From: an uncultured delta proteobacterium
GTDB lineage: Bacteria > Desulfobacterota > Binatia > UBA9968
Length of the DNA stretch: 64,000 bases
Direction of reading: 5' to 3'
Assembly (NCBI GenBank): GCA_963745835.1
Contig: CAVUZH010000020.1
Span: forward strand, 137,040 to 201,039
Part shown: in pieces, positions 42,841 through 53,134 of the stretch
Layout of the letters: every line of letters begins with the position of its first letter
Numbering within the stretch: the first letter of the stretch is position 1
Program-made: the position numbers and the translations under genes
Notes under the pieces: model-generated
Database searches by the model: none
The model's input: only the letters and a program-made list of their open reading frames with translations
Told to the model about the DNA's origin: nothing

Positions 42841-45521
42841 TTAAGCGTGAGCTTCCGCCCAATTCGGGCCCACATGGATATCGACGTCAAGGCCGCAGCG
42901 AAGATCCGCAGCTTGAGTCATCGCTTCCTCGATCAAAGCCCGAGCCTGCTCAAGGTGCTCGACAGGAATCTCGAAGACGAGTTCGTCGTGCACAGTCAAC
43001 AGCATCTTTGCAAGCGGTTCTCTACGCAACGCTTCACCCACATTGATCATAGCCTTCTTTATGATATCTGCGGCGCTTCCCTGTATCGGGGTATTGAGCG
43101 CCATACGCTCGCCGAGCGCTCTTAGCCGGAAATTTGACGAGCCCAATTCCGGCAAATAGCGACGGCGGCCAAACATCGTGGTCGTAAACCCGTCGATCTT
43201 GGCTTGGTTCACCTGCGCGGCTAGAAACTCTTTCACTTTCGGAAATTGCGCATAATAGGCTTCTACAAAACTCGCTGCCACGTCCATTTCTACGCCGAGC
43301 CGTTGCGATACTCCGAAAGTGGACATGCCATAGGCGATGCCATAAGAAAACTGTTTTACCTGGTTGCGCATCTGCGAGGTCACTTCAGCCAAAGCGATAC
43401 CGTAGACTTTCGCCGCGATGGTGGCGTGAAAATCATGCCCCTGCGCAAAGGCTTGCAAAAAAGTTTCGTCTTGCGACAGATGCGCGAGAACACGCAGCTC
43501 AATCTGAGAGTAATCCGCTGATAACAGCACATGCCCCGGCGGCGCAATAAAGGCGCGGCGAATCTGACGTCCCAGCTCACCACGTATCGGTATGTTTTGC
43601 AGGTTGGGTGCGGTTGACGACAAGCGTCCAGTGGCAGCCGTCGTCTGCTCGTAAGTGGTATGGATTCGATTGCTTTTGCTATCAATCAGCTCCAACAGCA
43701 TCTCCGTAAAGCCGGTCTTTAGTTTCGATACCTCTCGATATTCGAGCAGGACTGGAATGATTCGATGCACCTCGGCCAGCTTCTCCAATTCGGCAGCGTC
43801 GGTGGAAAAACCCGTCTTGATTTTCCTGGTCTTGGGTAGACCGAGCTTTTCGAAGAGAATCCGCTGGAGCTGTGGCTGCGAGTTCACCTTGAAGTCTTCG
43901 CCGGCGAGATCTTTGATTGCCCGTTCAAGCGCGGTTATTTTGTTTCCTAAATCGGCATCGAACTTTTCAAGATAATCGCGGTCGATGAGGATGCCATTAT
44001 GTTCCATTCTGGCTAGTACGCCAATTAGTGGGAATTCCAAGGTGGTGGCAAGTTCCCAGATGCCTTGCTCGCTGAGCTGCTCTTGCAGTATGGGAACCAT
44101 GCCGCGGATAGCCATAGCTTCACGAGCGATGCGCTCTTTTTCTGGGGCGCCGAAGGCAAGAGTACTTTGTTCGCCGATCGCCAGTTCGGGTGCGTTGCCG
44201 TTGAGCAAAACCCCCAGATAACGTTTCGCCGCGTCAGCCAGCGTGTATCCAGAGGCTGATCCCGGCTCCAGTAAATAGGCGGCAATCTTGGTGTCACAGT
44301 AGAATGATCGAAATTCGATACCGACCGTCAAAGCTAAACGATAGATGGATTTGGCGTCATGAGCCACTTTCAACCGCACAGGATCTTGAAAAAATTCCCC
44401 GAGCCGGTCCATTGCTGCGCCCATGCCCAGCGTGTGCACCTCGCCAGGCCCATCACAAACAGCCAGCCAATTCTCGCTCCAAGCCAATGCGACGGCGCCA
44501 TCTTGTTTGATTTCGTCAGCCGATCTCAATTCCGAGATTGATTTTGGTTCGAGAGCCGCGCCGAGAGGCACCGAAACGTGCATATTCAGCGCTCTCAAAC
44601 GTTCGTGTAAACTACGGAACTCAAGTGAGGTAAAGAGCTTTAGAACTTCTTCATCATCCCAGCGCTCGAGGCACAGTTTGGTTGAATCGAGTTCGAGTAC
44701 AACATCATTGAGTAACCGTCCCAGCTCTTTATTGATCCGTACCTGCTCGGCGTGCGCTTTGATCGAATCGCGAAGTTTGGGTGTGAGCTCATCCGCATGC
44801 GCGATGATGCCTTCAATATCGCTATACTTCTTGACCAGCTGAGCCGCGGTTTTGTCGCCAACCCCGGGAATACCAGGAAGATTATCGGAGGGCTCGCCCT
44901 TGAGCGCCACGAAATCGAGCCACTGATCCGGGAAACGCCGTAGCGCTCGATAACCGTAGGCGCGTCATATCGGATGACATCGGAGATTCCGCGGCGAGTC
45001 ATGATCACCGATACCCCTTCGCCTACAAGCTGGAGAATGTCTCGGTCACCGGTGACGACGATTACTTCGCAGCCTTCACCACGGCAATTCTTGGTCAGCG
45101 TCGCTAACAAGTCATCGGCTTCATAGCCCTCGAGCTCGACAATCGGAATTCGCAGAGCTCGAAGCACCTCTCGAATCAATGGCAGCTGCTGCCTGAAAAG
45201 ATCCGGAGTCTCCGCGCGACCCGCTTTATAGGCAGCATAACGATCGAGGCGAAACTGCGGCGCGCCTTTATCGAAGCAAACTATGACAGCTTGCGGCCGC
45301 TCGTCGGCCAAAAGCTTTATGAGCATGGAGGTGAAGCCGAAAACGGCATTGGTCACCTGTCCGGAAGATGTGATCAGCGTGTCGGGCAATGCAAAAAAAG
45401 CGCGGAACGCGAGAGAGTGACCATCGATCAAGATGATCTTGCGCAGGTTATTTCTAGACCGGGCACTATCGGTTGATCCAGCCGATTTTTTGCTTGATTG
45501 ATTTTTGTTTTTAGCGCTCAC
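42841..45521 (-). CDS. polA: DNA polymerase I, frameshifted near 44930
   Basis: The 5'-3' exonuclease part (IDGHSLAFRAFFA, YEADD, VTGDRD) is in one frame. ALKGEPSDNLPGIPGVG and the polymerase motifs TGRLSS..PNLQNIP, ADYSQIELR, PIQGSAADIIK, VHDEL are in another. Confidence 0.95.
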
Positions 45522-45649
45522 CTTCGTAGTCTACCCGTTGAAGTTAACCGGAGCAAACAAGCCGAATTAGCGCTGCAGCGCATCTGGTACTAGTTCAAGG
45601 TGCACAACCTTGCTAAGTGCAAACTCGGCCCTACTCCGAGATGGTGGGC

Positions 45650-47215
45650 TTATTTACGCCAAACTAAAACGCTCGGACTCGCTCCTCCGTCCGACAGCAA
45701 TGTCTCGCTGTGGCGAATGACTTTTCCCGAAGAGGTACGCGGTAGCGACTCACGGATGACAATCTTTTGCGGCACTTTGAAATTTGCCAGATTAGCGCGC
45801 AGAAAACTTATCAACTCCTTTGTTGCGATCGCATGGTCTGGCCGGGGCACTACCGCAGCACCGATCACCTCACCCCGCTTCGGATCAGGGATGGCAAAGA
45901 CAATGGTCTCTTGCACGTTCGGAAAGCTGTAGATCAGGTTTTCCACCTCGGCGGGGTACACGTTAAGACCGCTGGTGATGATCATATCGTCAAGTCGACC
46001 GAGATGGATGAAGTAACCGTCCGAGTCCCGTTTGCCGACATCGCCGGTGTAAAACCAGCCGTTACGAATGCGCGCTGATGTGGCCTCTGCTTTGCGAAAA
46101 TACCCTTTCATCACATGGGGACCACTCGTAATGATTTCTCCCGGTTCATCGACGGGCAGTTCCCTACCGGACTCATCGACGATTCTTACTTCGACTCCCG
46201 GTACTGCGCGGCCAATACTTCCCAACTTGGCTTCGGCGTGCTCCGGTTCAACCAGGGTGATCATCGGCGAAGTCTCGGTCAAGCCATAACCCTGGATAAG
46301 TGCGATGTGCGGCTGAGCTGAATGAAATGCGCGCAGGAGCGGCAACGGAACCGTAGTCCCCATCATGGCGGCGATCTTCACGCTGCTGGTGTCATATTTC
46401 GAAAGATCGCGCACCCCTAGGAGAAGTTGAAAAACAATCGGCACGCTTTCAAAGACACTAATGCGATATTTCTGAATGCCGTCCAACAAGGTAACGGGGT
46501 TAATTTGGTCGAAAATGACTAGAGTGAATCCTTTTTCGGCCACTTCATTGCAGACCAACGGGCCAACGATGTGCGACATCGGCAGGATGCAGCCCCGGAT
46601 CGTGCTCGAATCGGTGATGCCCATAGCGGTCATGACACGCGGGTACTGCGCCAGATTGCGGTAACTGAGGACCACGCCTTTGGGTTCGCCTGTGGTCCCT
46701 GAAGTATAAAGAATCAGTGCCTCGTCGTCAGCCTGCCGTCGCGGCGCGAGCGCTGATCGAGGCGGTGCCGCGTAGCGACTTTCAAAGGACTGTTCGCCCT
46801 CGCCTTGGACAATCCATATTGATACTGGGGTGAGCTCTTCGAGGACATTGGCCACTTCGGAGATCAGCTGCTTATGGACAACCAGGAGCTTGAGATCCGC
46901 ATCGCACAAGACGTCCTGTAACTCCTTGCCCCTCAATCGGGCATCAAGGAGCACGCTCACTGCGCCGAGTTTTTGACTAGCAAAATAAATCAGCGGAATT
47001 GCCGCGCAATTTGGTAACAGCACTCCCACTCGATCGCTTTGTTTGATCCCTTCGCTGTGCAAGTGACCGGCTAGAGCATGCACCCGCGCGTTAAGAACCG
47101 AAAAGCTCAGTTCTTCTTGCTTGTCAATGATCGCGGTTTTGTTTGGATGCTTTCGTGCTGCTTGGTCGAGCAACTCCGCGGCGAAAAATCCTACTGAATC
47201 GATATGGTTTGCCAC
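45650..47215 (-). CDS. AMP-forming long-chain acyl-CoA synthetase family protein
   Basis: YTSGTTGEPKG, QGYGLTE, GWFYTGD, GR.DDMII.SG.NVYPAEVE, LPRTSSGK. Confidence 0.93.
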   Translation of the reverse strand: MANHIDSVGFFAAELLDQAARKHPNKTAIIDKQEELSFSVLNARVHALAGHLHSEGIKQSDRVGVLLPNCAAIPLIYFASQKLGAVSVLLDARLRGKELQDVLCDADLKLLVVHKQLISEVANVLEELTPVSIWIVQGEGEQSFESRYAAPPRSALAPRRQADDEALILYTSGTTGEPKGVVLSYRNLAQYPRVMTAMGITDSSTIRGCILPMSHIVGPLVCNEVAEKGFTLVIFDQINPVTLLDGIQKYRISVFESVPIVFQLLLGVRDLSKYDTSSVKIAAMMGTTVPLPLLRAFHSAQPHIALIQGYGLTETSPMITLVEPEHAEAKLGSIGRAVPGVEVRIVDESGRELPVDEPGEIITSGPHVMKGYFRKAEATSARIRNGWFYTGDVGKRDSDGYFIHLGRLDDMIITSGLNVYPAEVENLIYSFPNVQETIVFAIPDPKRGEVIGAAVVPRPDHAIATKELISFLRANLANFKVPQKIVIRESLPRTSSGKVIRHSETLLSDGGASPSVLVWRK

Positions 47216-48195
47216 AGCAAAAAGGCCCTCTCGAATGGTTTGTACCAGCGCGCGAGCTGCGCCAGCTCGCCGCGCTTAAGTTTTAAGTTGCCCTGCTGAG
47301 TTGCAAGAAAAGGATCGACGCGGGCTCGAAACACTGCGCTCCACCACTCTTCTGAGCCGCTGATCATAAACTCACCGCTATCACCCCGTTCAAGCTGCGT
47401 GATCTGGCCAGAGTCAAAACGCACGGTCCAGGCTGCGTCCTTTTCTTCAAGAAAAAGCGTCAGGGATGTAGAGAGGCCGGTCTCTTCCCCGTGAGAACGA
47501 AATTGAGAATCATGGTTCGCGCGCTCCACCAAAGCGGACATGTGCTCTTTCGAGAACAACACATAAGATTCACGCGTCTGTGGATCGGCGAGGCCCTTTT
47601 GTTGTGTTATCCGATCCGCAATCGAAGCGTTCGATTCACTTCGAAGCTCCATGAAAAACCGGCAACGCACAGCTTCTTCCAGTAAATCGGTAAGCAAAAA
47701 GGTCTCTTGAAGATTCCTGCCGATAGCCACCGTGCCATGACCCTTGATGATGGCGACCGGACGGTACTTTAATTCTTCTGCTAACCTCTCGGGCTTTGTT
47801 ACCGTCGGCGTATCCTGAGCGACTATCGGAACTTCGCCAATTGTATACTTCTCCTCAAAACTCACCGGAACGAAATGATCATGGGTCAATGAAAATGCCA
47901 GAGTCATGGGTGGATGAACATGAACGATGGCTTGTGTCCCGCTGGCTGCATACAGAGCCAAATGCAGAGGCGTCTCGCTCGATGCAAGCTGGTCTCGGTT
48001 AAGCGGCCTGCCGGCGCCATCAATCCGCACCAAATCTGCCGCTGTTAAAAAACCAAGGGGTGCATGCCGCCCCGTGATCAAAAACTCGTTCTCTCTAACC
48101 CGACAACTGAGATTTCCGCCCCAGCCGCTGATTAGATGACGGTCAAACAGCAGCTTGCCCCATTTGATCATCTCTCCTTGGAGCTTCTTCATCAT
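47191..48195 (-). CDS. Class II aldolase fused to a C-terminal SCP2-like lipid-binding domain
   Basis: GGNLS, SSETPLH, HVHP, GHG; C-terminal LFSKEHM..L...AN....WTVRF..G.I...FMISGS...W....DPFLATQQGNLKLKRG. Confidence 0.8.
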   Translation of the reverse strand: MMKKLQGEMIKWGKLLFDRHLISGWGGNLSCRVRENEFLITGRHAPLGFLTAADLVRIDGAGRPLNRDQLASSETPLHLALYAASGTQAIVHVHPPMTLAFSLTHDHFVPVSFEEKYTIGEVPIVAQDTPTVTKPERLAEELKYRPVAIIKGHGTVAIGRNLQETFLLTDLLEEAVRCRFFMELRSESNASIADRITQQKGLADPQTRESYVLFSKEHMSALVERANHDSQFRSHGEETGLSTSLTLFLEEKDAAWTVRFDSGQITQLERGDSGEFMISGSEEWWSAVFRARVDPFLATQQGNLKLKRGELAQLARWYKPFERAFLLWQTISIQ

Positions 48196-48212
48196 TCTAG
48201 TCTCAAAATTCG

Positions 48213-49719
48213 TTAAACAACTCCCAGCGGTATGACTTCGCTTTCGAGGGGAAAGATTGAGGCTCCGCTGGGACAAATATTTTTTCCCATGAACGTCGAG
48301 ACATCGTTATCAATACTCAATCTCTCAACTGAATCAGACGCGCAGCAGTTCAACGGGTACGCCATGGGCGCGCGCCAATTCAAGTGCCAACAATGAGCCA
48401 CAGATAACACTGGCTCCCTGCGGGTCGAGCCGGCTATAGTAGAGGTAGAGCTTACTGATTTCGGCCCGGGCGAAAAAAAATCCTATCATGTTGTCAGAGA
48501 TCAGAGTCGTCGGCAGATCGTGCTCAAGCAGCGCCGGCGCCACGGCATGAACGCCCCACATATGCGGCCGCATTTCCGGAATCAAGAAACGGCTGGCTCG
48601 CTCAGCTTTCAGCGCACCGACTAAGTGATCGCACTGATCTGAAGGCGGGATACCATAAAGGAGCAGGTACTTGCTTCCATCCTTTATCGGGCCAGGTTCT
48701 GGGGCTCTCTGCTGCTGGTACTTTCGGCGGAAACTTTCAGGTGTGTAGACACCGTCAAAACCAATAAGATGCGTAATTAACGGCCCGGGCGTAACATCAA
48801 AAGCAGGATAGCGGACCGCAACTCTAGCGTCGGCTATCAGCTGCCGTCCTTGGAAGCTTAGCAGCTCTGCGCCCGGCCTTTCTTCGATCGGCACATCGCT
48901 CCCTTGCACCAACGAACGCGGGTCTTGAACCAGCACGTGAAAAGGAACTCCGTATCGCTTTGCCATTACCGCCAGCGGATAGGTGCCGACTTTGTTGATG
49001 ATATCGCCATTCTGTGCCGCACGATCCGAACCGACGACGACTGCATTGACTTCGCGTCGAGCCATCACCTGGGCAATGGCGCAATCGGGAATCAGTGATA
49101 CGCGAACGCCTCCTCGTGCGAGCTCCCACGCGGTTAGTCTCGCGCCTTGCAGGTACGGTCGGGTCTCCGTGGCGATGACGGCGAAGTCTTTGCTCATCGT
49201 CGCGCAATGCTGCGCTATCGCCAACAGTTCTCCACTCATGTTGCAGTGGGTCAAAAGCCGCGCCGGGTCCGGCAAAAGCTCGGCAGCGCGCTTTGCTCTT
49301 GCACCCCGGGCACGGACTATCTGCGCGGCGAAATCACAAGCCCGCTCGCTAATCCACTCACCGGCACTCACGTTTCCCGGCAGCTTTTCAAACCACTCGT
49401 CGAAATATTGACTCAGTCCGCGGAAATCGAATGTCGGTCGCGCTCGGCAGAACTCGTGGGTCAGTTGATCGATCGATTTTCGCAGCGGGGGGATTTCCTT
49501 CGCGTGATAGTTTTGCGCCAGGAGCGCACCGCTATAGAGGAACGTAAGGACTTGACCAAAGGCACGCGTTTTCATCTCACGCACAGCATCGATGGCCTGC
49601 GAAGCATCTTTGACGCTGATATATTGGATCTGCTCGGGAAGCGAAATCTCATTGAGAATTCGAAAACCGCCACCTTCCCATAGAACCGGCTCAAAAAGCG
49701 GACTTTGTACCGAATTCAT
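48213..49719 (-). CDS. mtnA: MtnA/eIF-2B-family ribose-1-phosphate isomerase with a duplicated C-terminal domain (C-terminus probably frameshifted near 48345)
   Basis: ARPT, LTHCN, ATETRPYLQGARLTAWEL, VGSDR..NGD..NKVGTY, IEERP, PAFDVTP; second copy IPEMRP...TTLISDN. Confidence 0.85.
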
Positions 49720-49742
49720 AAACGATCTGCAGTTGCACCAGG

Positions 49743-50477
49743 CTAAAAGTACTTGAGAGCTTGGCGGGCAACCGCAATGATTTTCTCTTCGGCTGCGAAA
49801 AACAAAGGGTCACGAAACCCGAATTTGGCGTGCAAACACTCATCCGACACGGCAAGAATGGCACCGGCCTTTTTCTTTCGAACTTGAGCGATCGTCAAAA
49901 AAGCCGAGGTCACCATGTCGATGCTCGAAACATTTTGTTCTGTGAGTTGCGCGATCAATTCCGGCGTTTCCTGGAATAGCGCGTCAGTGGTAAAAATCCA
50001 GCCCAGATGGAAGCGCACCTGCAGGCTTTCCGCGGCTCGCTTCAATGCATCGACTATCTCGGGGTGAGCCACGGTGGAAAAATTATTCGCCACGTAATAG
50101 GGCGATGTGCCTTCACCGCGCAGGGCTCCGGTTACGATGATCAGATCGCCAATCTTCACATGCTCCTGCAACGAGCCGCAACTTCCGACGCGGATCAGCG
50201 CTCGGGCGCCGGCGCCGCAAAGAATTTCGGTGGTAATCGCCGTGTCCGGAGCGTAGCGCCCGCCATTGCCGACGGTTACTCTCTTTCCGTCCAGAGTTCC
50301 GGTGTGCATCTCGTAATCCAGGAACGTGAAGTTTTTTTGCGGTTGATCCAACATACTCAAAAGCAATTGGCTGCGATCCTTCGGGCCGGGAATCAAGGCA
50401 TAAGGACCGAGAGAATCGGCCTTCAGCCCGAGCATCGAGAGCATTCTTTGCGGTGTAAAGTGAGCTTCTTTGAGCAT
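49743..50477 (-). CDS. Nucleoside phosphorylase (NP-I, DeoD/Udp-like), divergent
   Basis: LIPG, LIRVGSCGSL, GDLII..GALRGEGTS.YY, TTDALF, DM, VSD. Confidence 0.88.
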   Translation of the reverse strand: MLKEAHFTPQRMLSMLGLKADSLGPYALIPGPKDRSQLLLSMLDQPQKNFTFLDYEMHTGTLDGKRVTVGNGGRYAPDTAITTEILCGAGARALIRVGSCGSLQEHVKIGDLIIVTGALRGEGTSPYYVANNFSTVAHPEIVDALKRAAESLQVRFHLGWIFTTDALFQETPELIAQLTEQNVSSIDMVTSAFLTIAQVRKKKAGAILAVSDECLHAKFGFRDPLFFAAEEKIIAVARQALKYF

Positions 50478-50480
50478 TGA

Positions 50481-51704
50481 TCAAACAGCTTGGCCGACAA
50501 ACTCAATCAGATCTTGGGTCGGCAGAGCAGGCTGTTCAAGCGCATTGAATGAGCGCTGGCATAACGCGCTTGAAGTCAAAATCAATTCGGCGCCGGTCTC
50601 CTTCGCCTCACGCATACGATCGGTTGCGCTCCATTGAGCGAGGCTCGGATCGGCTTCAGGAACACCGCCACCGCCGCCGCAGCACCATGCCCAACGTTGG
50701 TTCCGTGTCATTTCCACGACCTCGACTCCAGGAATGGCGCGCAAAATGGTGCGCGGCGCTTCGTATATGCCGCAACCTCGCCCCAAATGGCAGGAATCGT
50801 GGTAAGTAACTTTTTTTCGAATCGGTCTGGTCATTTTCAACTGACCCGCCCGTAAGGCGGCTTCGAGATATTCCACGCCATGCAAGACTTCCAAATCGGC
50901 GGCACCAACTTTGGCATTCTCTCGCCAAATGCGCCGGCAACTGCCGCAAGCAACCACCAGCCTTCGCACTCCACCTTGCGTAATTACGGCCAGGTTTTCC
51001 TGTTGCAGACGCTCGTACTCGCGCCGAAATCCGAGATCGTACGCATGCAACCCGCAGCATTTTTCCTGATCACCGAGGATAACAAAGTCCTCGCCTGCCT
51101 TTTGCATCAGCTTGGCTAAGGCCACGACACCGGCGCGGCCGCTTGACTGATCGGCGGAGCAACCGGCGAACAACAGCGTCGGGGCATGTCGCTCAGCAAT
51201 TTTAGCCAGCCCCAATCCGTCGGCCCAAAAGCCGCGTTCTGCCCTCGTTTGTGACCAGGGGTTATCGTGTTGCTGCAAGCCCTGGTATAGCTGGCGATGA
51301 GCGGCAATCGGACCCTCTTCCTCAGTGATCTGCTCGCGCATGGCAACCGTAATATCCCATGGGCCGTAACCGTCAGCCCGGACGCCGCAAAGCTCCTGGC
51401 ACATCAGGCAGGTTGTACAACTATAGACGATTTCCTTGAGTTCGGGCGTGATCGGGTCAAGCCCGTGAAAGACACGCTGCGCCATCAGCCAACGCGACTT
51501 TGGCGTGTGGCGTTGGAACCGATAAAATTCATACGGAGGGCACTTCTCTTTAGGCCCGGGAACGTCTTCCATCGGATTGGCCGGGCCGTGCCCATAACAG
51601 GAGCCGCATAAAACACAGCCACTGCTGCGCGCATTTAGATCTTTGGCATAAAGCCATTTTTTGACCCGCTCTAGGCCGAGGTTCTTTTTGGATTCGTCTT
51701 GCAC
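50481..51704 (-). CDS. Fe-S oxidoreductase with CCG domains (HdrD/GlpC-like)
   Basis: CVLCGSC..CP, CTTCLMCQELC, KCCG, YHDSCHLGR, WCCGGGGG. Confidence 0.9.
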   Translation of the reverse strand: MQDESKKNLGLERVKKWLYAKDLNARSSGCVLCGSCYGHGPANPMEDVPGPKEKCPPYEFYRFQRHTPKSRWLMAQRVFHGLDPITPELKEIVYSCTTCLMCQELCGVRADGYGPWDITVAMREQITEEEGPIAAHRQLYQGLQQHDNPWSQTRAERGFWADGLGLAKIAERHAPTLLFAGCSADQSSGRAGVVALAKLMQKAGEDFVILGDQEKCCGLHAYDLGFRREYERLQQENLAVITQGGVRRLVVACGSCRRIWRENAKVGAADLEVLHGVEYLEAALRAGQLKMTRPIRKKVTYHDSCHLGRGCGIYEAPRTILRAIPGVEVVEMTRNQRWAWCCGGGGGVPEADPSLAQWSATDRMREAKETGAELILTSSALCQRSFNALEQPALPTQDLIEFVGQAV

Positions 51705-51796
51705 AGTATGAAGCGTGTAAGATCCGCAGCTGTTTGAAGAAATGAAATCTTAAGACATTAATTGTATAGCCCCAGACAAACTGGCGTGTCAACAAA

Positions 51797-52258
51797 CTAG
51801 CTTAGATGGACGAGCTCGGCGTGATTCAGCAGCTTTCGTAGCAAGGCGGAGAGTTCTTTCTGATGCGAAAGATCGAGCGAAGAAAAAATTGCAGATACAC
51901 TTCTCTCAAAGAGAGGAATTGTGGTCTTGTATAAGTTGGCTCCTTTATCTGTCAATGTTACGTGAACAACACGGCGGTCGGTTGAGTCGCGCTTTCTTAC
52001 GACCAGTTTTTTTTGCTCAAGCCGGTCAACGATACCGGTTAGATTGCTGACCGTCACCATCATCTTAGCGCCGATCTCGCCAAATGGGAGGCTGCCTGCG
52101 TAACCGATGGTTGCGAGTACGTAGAACTGTGGCGGTGTTAAACCGACTTTGCCAAGATCAGATTCCAACTTTTTATGCGATGAGAGATTAAACCTTAAAA
52201 ACCGCACCCAGAGACTCGTGCTGTAGGAAGCAAAAAAGAGACGTTTTTCGACTCGCAC
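51797..52258 (-). CDS. MarR-family transcriptional regulator
   Basis: LTPPQFYVL, SNLTGIVDRLE.K.LV.R.RDSTDRRVVHVTLTDKG. Confidence 0.93.
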   Translation of the reverse strand: MRVEKRLFFASYSTSLWVRFLRFNLSSHKKLESDLGKVGLTPPQFYVLATIGYAGSLPFGEIGAKMMVTVSNLTGIVDRLEQKKLVVRKRDSTDRRVVHVTLTDKGANLYKTTIPLFERSVSAIFSSLDLSHQKELSALLRKLLNHAELVHLS

Positions 52259-52397
52259 GTGGCCAATTTAGTCGGCGTCAAATCAAAAAGCAATAAATAG
52301 CTCGTTGTTTGCCAATTGAGGGTTGATTCGTGTAAGCGGTTCGGCGGCTTGACTCCTAAAGCCCAGCGGCTTAACTGGAATTACAATCGAAGTAAAA

Positions 52398-53132
52398 ATG
52401 AGACTCCATATACTGGGCTGCGGTGATGCATTCGGCAGTGGTGGGCGTAATCAAAGTGCATACTTAATCGAGGCTCCGGACCGCCTGTTCTTGCTGGACT
52501 GCGGCGCGACTTCTTTGCTCGCGCTGAAGAAGCTCGGATTTAATTCGGGCCAACTCGATGTCATCTTCGTGAGCCACCTACATGGCGATCACTTTGGCGG
52601 CTTGCCTTTTTTATTTAGCGAATTTTTGTATGAGAAGAGCCGCGAAAAACCGCTGCATGTGGCTGGACCCGTGGGAACAGAAGAAAAAGCTCGTGCCGTC
52701 TTCGACCTCATGTACGGAAAGGGCACCAAGGCCGTGGATCTTGCCAGTACCCGCTTCCATGTTTTAGAGCCTGAGAAAACTTCAACGATTCAGGGAATTG
52801 AGGTATTTCCATTCCGCGTGCCGCATCAGGTGAACGAAATATCGCTTGCGTTGAAGGTTAGTTATAACGGCAAGCACGTTTTGTTTTCGGGAGATTCGGC
52901 CTGGACAGATGCTTTTCTAAAGCATGCCCGGGGGGTCGACCTTTTCGTCTGCGAGTGTACCTACTACGACCGGGAGACTTCGAACCACATGAGCTACCTA
53001 CAGTTGAGAGAACAACTGCCACGTTTGAGCTGCTCTCGAATCATACTGACTCACATGGGCTACGACATGCTCGCTCGTAGCGCCGAAATTTCCTGCGCGA
53101 TGGCAGAAGATGGAATGGTCGTGGAGATTTGA
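52398..53132 (+). CDS. Metallo-beta-lactamase-fold hydrolase (RNase Z-like)
   Basis: LGCGDAFGSG, LLDCG, SHLHGDHFGG, FSGD, HM, LTH. Confidence 0.9.
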   Translation: MRLHILGCGDAFGSGGRNQSAYLIEAPDRLFLLDCGATSLLALKKLGFNSGQLDVIFVSHLHGDHFGGLPFLFSEFLYEKSREKPLHVAGPVGTEEKARAVFDLMYGKGTKAVDLASTRFHVLEPEKTSTIQGIEVFPFRVPHQVNEISLALKVSYNGKHVLFSGDSAWTDAFLKHARGVDLFVCECTYYDRETSNHMSYLQLREQLPRLSCSRIILTHMGYDMLARSAEISCAMAEDGMVVEI

Positions 53133-53134
53133 AA

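Noticed and set aside
44900-44960. Programmed ribosomal frameshift in polA
   Set aside because: No slippery heptamer; one extra base in a short G run restores the frame, and similar indels recur across the window.
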